This document shows, one piece after another, positions 1-11,557 of a DNA stretch of 64,000 nt (position 1 is its first letter; each line of letters starts with the position of its first letter). The translations under genes were made by a program, and so were the position numbers. The notes under the pieces were generated by a model. The model made no database searches. It saw nothing but the letters and a program-made list of their open reading frames with translations, and had not been told where the DNA came from. The stretch comes from the human T2T-CHM13v2.0 reference genome, Homo sapiens, in NCBI RefSeq assembly GCF_009914755.1, contig NC_060946.1, one strand, 5' to 3'.

Positions 1-169
1 TAAGTACCTCATAGTTTTATTATGCAAACAAACTCGAACCACTTGCTATACAACCCTGAAGGACTACAGATGCCAAGCATTGGGTTATTATCACAACTCT
101 TTAGAACCCAAGAGAGTCCTACACTCTAGGACTCCTACCACCTTTTCCCACTCACCTTTTACCCCTGTT

Positions 170-985
170 ATTTTCCCCCTTATCAAACTTCCTTTCCATG
201 GCTCTATTATAATCATACCTTTGCTTCTTTCTCCATTCCTCTTATTTATCTGGCAAAACCACAGCCCCTGGCTAAGCCTAATGCTTTGCCTACTCCACCT
301 GTTCCCATTCAGCTGTGAACAGCTGGAGAGAAATACACAACCATGCTGCCTGGTCTCACTGTAACTTCAAGGGGCCCTCATGTGGCCCAATGTCCTACCA
401 TATTTACCTAGTTCATGGTTTTCTCCTAGTGTTTTGCAACAATTTCTCAACTTCTCTCCCTTTAAACCTCCAACACCCTTATTTCTTTGTTTCTTATTCC
501 ATGAGAAAATATAAGCAATGAAAAGAGAATCTGCACCTGATCCGCCTCCACACCCACCAGCCTGCCTGTGCCTATAGCCCTGGACCTTGTCACTGGGGAG
601 CACAGAGAGTTCATCCATTCTAAGGCCAACCTTCTTGCATTTGTGAACACCCTCTCGCTCACAAACGGACATCACTTCAACAGTTCTCCACCTCTACTAG
701 GATCATTCCCATCAAGACACAAATTTCTCCCATCTTAGAAAAAAAAAATTAGAAATTTGGTTTCAGCCTGCATTCTCTTCCAACTATGGCCCAGTTTTTC
801 TACCCTCTTTACCTTAAAACTCTGAAGAGTTTCCTCATTGCTAATCTTCATTTCCTCCTCTCCTGTTTTGTGAAATCACTCTAATCAGGCTGTTCCCCTT
901 CTGCACCACTAAAATGACTCATGGAAGGTCCCAAAGACTTCATTGCTGCTATATCAACTCCTGGGCCTCACTTAATCTCCCAGCA
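170..985 (+). mobile_element. Degraded L2 LINE fragment(s)
   Basis: Pyrimidine-rich L2-like motifs (tggcaaaaccacagccc...cagctggagagaaatacacaaccatgctg); boundaries approximate. Confidence 0.5.
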
Positions 986-1219
986 TAAACCGTACCCAAT
1001 AAGCCTTGGATTGAAAAAGATTGAAGACTGAGGCATAGCCAGACAGGATAGAGCTGAGGAACATAAAAATAAGTGCTACTTATTTACAGTCACCTGAAGT
1101 ATTGCCGAGGCTGCTGCCTTCACGATTCTGTGTGTACATGGTGCAGGTGTTATGTATATACATGTAGTGTGAGCATAGCAGGTGTACTGTTACTACTCTA
1201 GCTGGTGTTTACTCTCATA

Positions 1220-1760
1220 TATTGTAAGGGTTTTTATGCTACTGCATTATTTCAATTTTGTGTAAATTATGCAGCCGTATTTCCATATATTAAGTTTATA
1301 TGTTCACCCTAAATTCTGTGATCTTGCTATATTCACCTAGCTCTGGGAGGGTTTTTTGAAGTAGATTTCTTAGAAGTTCCTGTATATCCAATCATGTCTT
1401 TTGAGAATAAAGACAACTTTACTTCATCTTTTACAATCTGTATGACTTCCATTTCTTTTTAATGCTTGTTACACTGACTAGACCCTTTGGTACAACACTG
1501 CATAAAAGTCATACGCACAGACATCCTTGCTTTGTTCATGATCTTAGGGTAAAACGTTCAGTATTTTATGATTAAGAATGTTGTTAGCTGTAGGTTTTTC
1601 ACAGATACGACTAATTTTCTATGGTTTGTTGAAATTTGGTCAAATACTTTTTTGCATCTATTCAGATGAGCAGGTGATTTTTCTTCTTTATTCTCTTAAT
1701 GTGATGAATTGCACTGGCCTGTTTTTAAACGTTAAGCCAACTTTGCATTCATCCTATAAA
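1220..1760 (-). mobile_element. Old L1M (L1ME-like) ORF2 fragment
   Basis: Degenerate antisense L1 ORF2 motifs (gacatccttgctttgttcatgatcttaggg, atgttgttagctgtaggttttt). Confidence 0.6.
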
Positions 1761-3556
1761 CGCCTTGGTCATAAAGTGGCAGAGCAAGACTTCAAGCCCA
1801 GCAGCCTGGTTTCACGGGCTCTGCTTGTTCTCTCACCAATATTGCTTTACGTGTAGAATTTGGGCTGAGGGTAGAGGAGAGGGAACAGTGATGAGGATGA
1901 CTCTGCAAAGATAGTTGGGCGGATAATGGAATACGGTTTCCCAAATCTGTAAGCAGATCCTTGAAAGCTGTGGATTGCTCGGCTCCAGTCTTCATCCTCC
2001 CAACACTTTCTTCCAGTGCCTGTAATTTACTGGAAATCCTTCTGCATCCATGTTGTGTATCAATATCATTACACTTAAACGTTCTGCCTGTGGCTTTGAA
2101 GAGCACAGCGTATCTCCCAGCACAGCACCTGAGCTCTGCTAAGGGACAGACTGCCTCCTCAAGTGGGTCCCTGACCCCTGTCCCTCCTGACTAGGAGACA
2201 TCTCCCAGCAGGGGTTGACAGACAACTCATACAGGAGAGCTCCAGCTGGCATCTGGCAGGTGCCCCTCTGGGATGACGCTTCCAGAGGAAGGAGCAGGCA
2301 GCAATCTTTGCTGTTCTGCAGCCTCCACTGGTGATACACAGGCAAACAGTGTCTGGAGTGGACTTCCAGCAAACTCCAGCAGACCTGCAGAAGAGGAGCC
2401 TGTCAGAAGGAAAACTAACAAACAGAAAGCAATAGCACCAACATCAACAAAAAGGACACCCACGCAAAAACCCCATCCAAAGATCACCAACATCAAAGAC
2501 CAAAAACAGACAAATTCACAAAGATGAGGAAAAACCAGGGCAAAAAGGCTGAAAATTCCAAAATCCAGAATGCCTCTTCTCCAAAAGATCACAACTCCTT
2601 GCCAGCAAGAGAACAAAATTGGATGGAGAATGAGTTTGACAAACTGACAGAAGTAGGCTTCAGAAGATGGGTAAAAACAAACTCCTCTGAGCTAAAGGAG
2701 CATGGTCTAACCCAATGCAAGGAAGCTAAGAACCTTGATAAATGGTTACAGGAACTGCTAACTAGGATAACCAGTTTAGAGAAGAACATAAATGACTTCA
2801 TGAAGCCGAAAGAGACAGTACGAGAACCTTGTGAAAAATAAACAAGTATCAATAGCCGAATTGATCAAGCAGAAGACAGGATATCAGAGATTGAAGATTA
2901 ACTTAATGAAATAAAGCATGAAGACAAGATTAGAGAAAAAAAAACTTAAGGAATGAACAAAGCCTCAAAGAAATATGGGACTATGTGAAAAGGTCAAATC
3001 TATGTTTGATTGGTATATGTGAAAATGACAGGGAGAATGGAACCAAATTGGAAAACATTCTTAAGGATATTATCCAGGAGAACTTCCCCAACCAAGCAAG
3101 ACAAGCCAACATTCAAATTCAAGAAATACAAAGACCACCACCATGATACTCCTCGAGAAAAGCAACCCCAAGACACGTAATTGTCAGATTGACAAAGGTT
3201 GAAATGAAGGGAAAAAATGGTAAGGGCAGCCAGAGAGAAAGGTCGGGCTACCCACAAAGAGAAGCCCATCAGACTAAGAGCAGATCTCTCTGCAGAAACC
3301 TTACAAGCCAAAAGAGAGTGAGGGCCAATATTCAACATTCTTTTTTATTATTATTATACTTTAAGTTCTATGGTACATGCGCAAAACGTGCAGGTTTGTT
3401 ACATATGTAAACATGTGCCATGTTGGTGTGCTGCATCCGTTAACTCACCATTTACATTATGTGTATCTCCTAATGCTATCCCTCCCCCCTCCCCCCACCC
3501 CACAACAGGCCCTGGTGTGTGATGTTCCCCAACCTGTGTCCAAGTGTTCTCATTGT

Positions 3557-6500
3557 TCAATTCCCACCTATGAGTGAGAACATGCGGTGTTTGGTTTTCT
3601 GTCCTTGCAATAGTTTGCTGAGAATGATGGATTCCAGCTTCATCCATGGCCCTACAAAGGACATGAACTCATCATTTTTTATGGCTGCATAGTATTCCAT
3701 GGTGTATATGTGCCACATTTTCTTCATCCAGTCTGGTTGGTTCCAAGTCTTTGCTATTGTGAATAGTGCCGCAATAAACATACGTGTGCATGTGTCTTTA
3801 TAGTACAATGATTTATAATCCTTTGGGTATATACCCAGTAATGGGATTGCTGGGTCAAATGGTATTTCTAGTTCTAGATCCTTGAGGAGTCGCCACACTG
3901 TCTTCCACAATGGTTGAAATAGTTTACACTCCCACCAACAGTGTAAAAGCCTTCCTATTTCTCCACATCCTCTCCAGCACCTGTTGTTTCCTGACTTTTT
4001 AATGACTGCCATTCTAACTGGTATGAGATGGTATCTCCTTGTGGTTTTGATTTGCATTTCTCTGATGGCCAGTGATGATGAGCATTTTTTCATGTGTCTG
4101 TTGGCTGCATAAATGTCTTCTTCTGATAAGTGTCTGTTCATATCCTTTGCCCACTTTTTGATGGTGTTGATTTTTTCTTGTAAATTTGTTTAAGTTCTTT
4201 GTAGATTCTGGATATTAGCCCTTTGTCAGATGGGTAGATTGTAAAAATTTTCTCCCATTCTGTAGGTTGCCTGTTCACTCTGATGGTAGTTTCTCTTGCT
4301 GTGCAGAAGTTCTTTAGTTTAATTAGATCCCATTTGGCTATTTTGGCTTTTGTTGTCATTACTTTGGTGTTTTAATTATGAAGTCCTTGCCCTTGCCCAT
4401 GCCTATGTCCTGAATGGGATTGCCTAGGTTTTCTTCTAGGGTTTTTATGGTTTTAGGTCTAACATTTAAGTTTTTAATCCATCTTGAATTAATTTTTGTA
4501 TAAGGTACAAGGAAGGGATCCAGTTTCAGCTTTCTACATATGGCTAGCCAGTTTTCCCAGCACCATTTATTAAATAGGGAATCCTTTCCCCATTTCTTGT
4601 TTTTCTCAGGTTTGTCAAAGATCAGATGGTTGTAAATGTGTGGTATTATTTCTGAGGGCTCTGTTCTGTTCCATTGGTCTATATCTCTGTTTTGGTACCA
4701 GTACCATGCTGTTTTGTTTACTGTAGCCTTGTAGTATAGTTTGAAGTCAGGTAGCGTGATGCCTCCAGCTTTGTTCTTTTGGCTTAGGATTGTCTTAGCA
4801 ATGCAGCTCTTTTTTGGTTCCATATGAACTTTAAAGTAGTTTTTTCCAATTCTGTGAAGAAAGTCATTGGTAGCTTGATGGGGATGGCACTGAATCTATA
4901 AATTACCTTGGGCAGTGTGGCCATTTTCACAATATTGATTCTTCCTACCCATGAGCATGGAATGTTCTTCCATTTGTTTGTGTCCTCTTTTATTTTGCTG
5001 AGCAGTGTTCTGTAGTTCTCCTGGAAGAGGTCCTTCCTATCCCTTGTAAGTTGGATTCCTAGGTATTTTATTCTCTTTGAAGCAATTGTGAATGGGAGTT
5101 CACTCTTGATTTGGCTCTCTGTTTGTCTGTTATTGGTGTAGAGGAATGCTTGTGATTTTTGCACATTGATTTTGTATCCTAAGACTTGGCTGAAGTTGCT
5201 TATCAGCTTAAGGAGATTTTGGGCTGAGACGATGGGGTTTTCTAAATATACAGTTATGTCATCTGCAAACAGGGACAATTTGATTTCCTCTTTTTCTAAT
5301 TGAATACCCTTTATTTCTTTCTCTTGCCTGACTGTGCTGGCCAGAACTTCCAATGCTATGTTGAATAGGAGTGGTGAGAGAGGGCATCCCTGTCTTGTGC
5401 CAGTTTTCAAAGGGAATGCTTCCAGTTTTTGCCCATTCAGTATGATATTGGCTGTCGGTTTGTCATAAATAGCTCTTATTAATTTGAGATACATCCCATC
5501 TAGTTCATTGAGAGTTTTTAGCATGAAGGGCTGTTGAATTTTGTCGAAGGCCTTTTCTGCATCTATTGAGATAATCACGTGGTTTTTGTCTCTGGTTCTC
5601 TTTACATGATGGATTACATTTATTGATGTGTGTATGTTGAACCAGCCTTGCATCCCAGGGATGAAGCCAACTTGATCGTGGTGAATAAGCGTTTTGATCT
5701 GCTGCTGGGTTCGGTTTGCCACTATTTTATTGAGCATTTTTGCATTGATGTTCATCAGGGATATTGGTCTAAAATTCTCTTTTTTTGTTGTGTCTCTGCC
5801 AGGCTTTGGTAACAGGATGATGTTGGCTTCATAAAACGAATTAGGGAGGATTCCCTCTTTTTCTATTGATTGGAATAGTTTCAGAAGGAATGGTACCAGC
5901 TCCTCTTGGTACCTCTGATAGAATTCGGCTGTGAATCCATCTGGTCCTGGACTTTCTTTGGTTGGTAGGCTATTAACTATAGCCTTAATTTCAGAACCTG
6001 TTATTGGTCTATTCAGGGATTCAACTTCTTCCTGGTTTAGTCTTGGGAGGGTGCATGTGTCCAGGAATTTATCCATTTCTTCTAGATTTTCTAGTTTATT
6101 TGCATAAAGGTGTTTATAGTATTCTCTGGTGGTAGTTTGTATTTCTGTGGGATTGGTGGTGATATCCCCTTTATCACTTTTTATTGCATCTATTTGATTC
6201 TTCTCTCTTTTCTTCTTTATTAGTCTTGCTAGAGGTCTTTCAATTCTGTTGATCTTTTCAAAAAACCAGCTCCTGGATTAATTGATTTTTTGAAGGGTTT
6301 TTGGTGTCTCTATCTCCTTCAGTTCTGCTCTGATCTTAGTCATTTCTTGCCTTCTGCTAGCTTTGGAATGTGTTTGCTCTTGCTTGTCTAGTTCTTTTAA
6401 TTGTGATATTAGGGTGTTGATTTTAGATCTTTCCTGCTTTCTCTTGTGGGCATTTAGTGCTATAAATTTCCCTCTACACACTGCTTTGAATGTGTCCCAG

Positions 6501-7357
6501 AGCTTCTGGTATGTTGTGCCTTTGTTCTCATTGGTTTCAAAGAACATCTTTATTTCTGCCTTCTTTTTGTTATGTACCCAGTAGTCACTCAGGAGCAGGT
6601 TGTTCAGTTTCCATATAGTTGAGCGGGTTTGAGTGAGTTTCTTAATCCTGAGTACTAGTTTGATTGCACTGTGGTCTGAGACATGGTTTGTTATCATTTC
6701 TGTTTTTCTACATTGGCTGAGGAGTGCTTTACTTCCAATGATGTGGTCAATTTTGGAATAAGTGTGATGTGGTGCTTAGAAGAGTGTATATTCTGTTGAT
6801 TTGGGGTGGAGAGTTCTGTAGATGTCTATTAGGTCCGCTTGGCGTAGAGCTGAGTTCAATTCCTGGATACCTTTGTTAATTTTCTGTCTTGTTGATCTGT
6901 CTAATGTTGACAGTGGGGTGTTAAAGTCTCCAATTATTATTGTGTGGGAGTCTAAGTCTCTTTCTAGGTCTCTAAGTATAGGCTTTATGAATCTGGGTGC
7001 TCCTGTATTGGGTGCATGTATATTTAGGATAGTTAGCTCTTCTTGTTGAATTGATCCCTTTACCATTATGTAATGGCCTTGTCTCTTTTGATCTTTGTTG
7101 GTTTAAAGTCTGTTTTATCAGAGACTAGGATTGCAACCCCTGCTTTTTTTTTGTTTTCTATTTGCTTCGTAGATCTTCCTCCATCCCTTTATTTTGAGCC
7201 TATGTGTGTCTCTGCACGTGAGATGGGTCTCCTGAAAACAGCACACTGATGGGTCTTGACTCTTTATCCAATTTGCCAGTCTGTGTCTTTTAATTGGAGC
7301 ATTTAGCCCATTTACGTTTAAGGTTAATATTGTTATGTGTGAATTTGATCCTGTCAT
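3557..7357 (-). pseudogene. Disrupted L1 ORF2 (endonuclease/reverse transcriptase)
   Basis: Fragments from MTGSNSHITILTLNVNGLN through the 430-aa RT piece with LFADD to [10 protein letters not shown], spread over several frames. Confidence 0.93.
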
Positions 7358-8536
7358 TATGATGTTAGCTGGTTATTTTGCTCGTTAGTTGATGCAGTTT
7401 CTTCCTAGCATCAAGGGTCTTTACAATTTGGGATGTTTTTGCAGTGGCTGTGCAAAGGTTGTCCTTTCCATGTTTAGTGCTTCCTTCAGGAGCTCTTGTA
7501 AGGAAGGCCTGGTGGTGACAAAATCACTCAGCATTTTTTTGTCTGTAAAGGATTTTATTTCTCCTTCACTTATGAAGCTTAGTTTGGCTGGATATGAAAT
7601 TCTGGGTTGAAAATTCTTTTCTTTAAGAATGTTGAATATTGGCCTCCACTCTCTTCTGGCTTGTAGAGTTTCAGCCGAGAGATCAGCTGTTAGTCTGATG
7701 GGCTTCCCTTTGTGGGTAATCTGACCTTTCTCTCTGGCTGACTTCAACATTTTTTCTTTCATTTCAACTTTGGTGAATCTGACAATTATGTGTCTTGGAG
7801 TTGCTCTTCTCGAAGATTATCTTTGCAGCATTCTCTGTATTTCCTGAATTTGAATTTTGGCCTGCCTTGCTAGGTTGGGGAAATTCTCCTGGATAATATC
7901 CTGCAGAGTGTTTTCCAACTTGGTTCCATTCTGCCCGTCACTTTCAGGTACACCAATCAGACGTAGATTTGGTCTTTTCACATAGTCCCATGTTTCTTGG
8001 ATGCTTTGTTTGTTTCTTTTTACTCTTTTTTCTCTAAACTTCTCTTCTCGCTTCATTTCATTCATTTGATCTTCAATCACTGATGCCTTCTTCCTCTTGA
8101 TCAAATTGGCTACTGAAGCTTGTGCATGTGTCATGTAGTTCTCGTGCCATGATTTTCAGCTCCATCAGGTCATTTAAGGACTTCTCTATACTGTTTATTC
8201 TAGTTAGCTATTTGCATAATCTTTTTTCAAGATTTTTAGCTTCTTTGCGATGGGTTCAAATATCCTCCTTTAGCTCGGAGAAGTTCATTATTACTGATCG
8301 TCTGAAGCCTTCTTCTGTCAACTCGTCAAAGTCATTCTCTGTCCAGCTTTGCTCCGTTGCTGTAGATGAGCTGCTTTCCTTCGGAGGAGAAGAGGCGCTC
8401 TGATTTTCAGAATTTTCAGCTTTTCCCTGCCCCTAGAGGTGGAGTCTACAGAGGCAGGTAGGCCTCCTTGAACTGAGGTGGATTCTACCCAGTTCGAGCT
8501 TCCAGGCCACTTTGTTTACCTACTCAAGCCTCAGCA

Positions 8537-8851
8537 ATGGTGGGTGCCCCTCCCTCAGCCTGGCTGCAGCCTCGCAGTTTGATCTCAGACTGCTGTGCTA
8601 GCAGTGAGCGAGGCTCCATGGGCATGGGACCCCCCGAGCCAGGTGTGGGATATATTCTCCTGGTGTGCTGTTTGTTAGGGCCATTGGAAAAGTGCAGTAT
8701 TAGGGTGGGAGTGTCCCGATTTTCCAGGTACCATCTGTTATGGCTTCCCTTTGCCAGGAAAGGGAATTCCCTGACCCCTTGTGCTTCCCGGGTGAGGCAA
8801 TGCCCCACCCTGCTCCGTGGGCTGCACCCACTGTCTGACAAGCCCCTGTGA
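8537..8851 (+). other. L1 ORF0 homologue (antisense 5'UTR ORF), open for 104 codons
   Basis: MVGAPPSAWLQPRSLISDCCAS...EPGVGY...EKCSIRVGVSRFSR aligns with ORF0p as recalled (MAGAPPPASLPPCSLISDCCAS...); Kozak GCAATGG. Confidence 0.7.
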
Positions 8852-9276
8852 GATGAACCCAGTGCCTCAGTTGGAAATGCAGAAATAACCCATCTTCTGC
8901 ATTGCTCATGCTGGGAGCTGTAGACTGGAGCTGTTCCTATTTGGCCATCTTGGAACCTCCGTTTTCAACATTCTTAAAGAAAAGAATTTTCAACCCATAA
9001 TTTCATATCCAGCCAAACAAAGGTTCATAAGCGAAGGAGAAATAAAATCCTTTACAGACCAGCAAATGCTAAGGGATTCTGTCACCACCAGGCCTGCCTT
9101 ACAAGAGCTCCTGAGGAAGCACTAAATATGCAAAGGAAAAACTGGTACCAGCAACTGCAAAAACATACCAAAATGTAAAGACCACCGACAGGATGAAGAT
9201 ACTGCACCAACAGGCAAAATAACCAGCTAGCATCATAATGACAGGATCAAATTCACACATAACAATATTAACCTTA

Positions 9277-9512
9277 TGTTCTCACTCATAGGTGGGAATT
9301 GAACAATGAGAACACATGGTCACAGGAAGGGGAACATCACACACTGGGGCCTGTTGTTGGGGGCGAGGGGGGAGGGATAGCATTAGGAGATATACCTAAT
9401 GTTAAATGACGAGTTAATGGGTGCAGCACACCAACATGGCACACGTATACATATGTAACAGACCTGTACATTGTGCACACGTACCCAAAAACTTAAAGTA
9501 TAATTTAAAAAA
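9277..9512 (+). mobile_element. 5'-truncated L1PA4-like 3' end inserted at the start of host ORF2
   Basis: L1 3'UTR (gttaaatgacgagttaatggg) plus A-tail; TSD attaacctta at 9267-9276 and 9513-9522. Confidence 0.9.
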
Positions 9513-11206
9513 ATTAACCTTAAATGTAAATGGGCTAAATGCCCCAATTAAAAGACACAGACTGGCAAATTGGATAGAGTCAAGATGCATCAGTATGCTG
9601 TATTCAGGAGACCCATCTGATGTGCAAAGACACACATAGGCTCAAAATAAAGGGATGGAAGAATATTTACCAAGCAAATGGAAACCAAAAGAAAGCAGGG
9701 TTTGCACTCCTAGTCTCTGATAAAACACACTTTAAACCAACAAACATCAAAAACGAAAAGAAGGGCATTAAATAATGGTAAAGGGATCAATGCAACAAGA
9801 AGAGCTAACTACCCTAAATATATATGCACCCAAGACAGGGGCACCCAGATTCATAAGCAAGTTCTTAGTGACCTAGAAAGAGACTTAGACTCCCACACAG
9901 TAATAGTGGGAGACTTTAACACCCCACTGTCAATATTAGGCAGATTAACAAGACAGAAATGAAACAAGGATATTCAGAACCTGAACTCAGCTCTGGACCA
10001 AGTGGACCTAATAGACATCTACAGAGCTCCCCACCCCAAATCAACAGAATATACATTCTTCTGAGCACCACATAGCACTCACTTATTCTAAAATTGACTA
10101 CAAAATTGGAAGTAAAACACTCCTCAGCAAATGTAAATGAATGGAAATCTTAACAGTTTCTTAGACCCCAGTACAATCAAATTAGAACTCAGGATTAAGA
10201 AACTCACTCAAAAATGCACAACTACATGGAAACTGAAAAACCTGCTCCTGAATGATTACTGGGTAAATAACAAAATCAAGGAAGAAATAAAGATTTTTTT
10301 TAAACCAATGAAAACAAAGACACAATGTACCACAATCTCTGGGACACAGCTAAAGCAGTGTTTAGAGGGAAATGTATAGCACTAAATGCCCACAAGAGAA
10401 AGCAGGAAAGATCTAAAATTGACACCCTAACATCAAAATTAAAAGAACTAGAGAAGCAAGAGCAAACAAATTCAAAAGCTAGCAGAACACAAACTAAGAT
10501 CAGAGCAGAGCTAAAGGAGATAGAGACACAAAAAAACCCTTCAAAAAATCAGTAAGTTTAGGAGCTGTTTTTTAAAAAATTAGATAGACCGCTAGCCAGA
10601 CTAATAAAGAATCAAATAGACACAACAAAGAAGAATCAAATAGACACAACAAAAAATGATAGAGGGGTATCACCGCTGATCCCACAGAAATACAAACTAC
10701 CATCAGAGAATACTATAAACACCTCTATGCAAATAAACTAGGAAATTCATAAGAAATGGATAAATTCCTGGACACATACACCCTCCCAAGACTAAACCAG
10801 GAAGAAGTCAAATCTCTGAATAAACCAATAATAAATTCTGAAATTGAAGCAATAATTAATAGCCTATCAACAACAACAAGAAAAGCCCAGGACCAGACCG
10901 ATTCACAGCCTATTTCTACCAGAGGTACAAAAACGAGCTGGTACCATTCCTTCTGAAACTATTCCAAACAATGCAAAAAGAGGGACTCCTCCCTAACTCA
11001 TTTTATGAGGCCAGCATCATCCTGATACAAAACCCTAGCAGAGACACAACAAAAAAATAAAATTTCAGGCCAATATCCCTAATGAACATCAATGCAAAAA
11101 CCCTCAATAAAATACTGGCAAACCGAACCCAGGCACATCAAAAAGCTTATCAATCACGATCAAGTCGACTTCATTCCTGGGATGCAAGGCTGGTTCAACA
11201 TATGCA

Positions 11207-11557
11207 AATCAATAAACGTAAACCATCACACAAAAAGAACCAATGACAAAAACCACATGATTATCTCAATAGATGCAGAAAAGGCCTTCCATAAAATTCA
11301 ACACCCCGTTCGTGCTAAAAACTCTCAATAAACTAAGTATTGATGGAACGTATCTCAAAATAATAAGTTATTTATGACAAACAATCAATAAACGTAATCC
11401 GTCACATAAAAAGAACCAATGACAAAAACCACATGATTATCTCAATAGATGCAGAACAGGCCTTCGATAAAATTCAACACCCCTTCGTGCTAAAAACTCT
11501 CAATTAACTAAGTATTGATGGAACATATCTCAAAATAATACGTTATTTATGACAAAC
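11207..11557 (+). repeat. Tandem duplication of ~176 bp within L1 ORF2
   Basis: aatcaataaacgta...ttatttatgacaaac present twice (11207-11382, 11383-11557). Confidence 0.9.

Larger units (their letters stand above)
3343..8960 (-). mobile_element. Near full-length L1PA5-like LINE-1 inserted antisense into host ORF1
   Basis: 5' end GGAGGTTCCAAGATGGCC at 8960; poly-T tail at 3343; 12-bp TSD ttcaacattctt at 3331-3342 and 8964-8975. Confidence 0.95.

Noticed and set aside
4784-6076. 430-aa reverse transcriptase ORF (and the 341-aa and 270-aa ORFs at 35134 and 11605) as a novel RT system or active L1
   Set aside because: Ordinary L1 ORF2 fragments; every element has multiple stops and frameshifts, so none is autonomous
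8415-8435. L1 deletion as a spliced integrated element (SpIRE)
   Set aside because: The right end follows an AG, but the left end has no GT/GC donor at the exact junction and does not match the known position-97 donor
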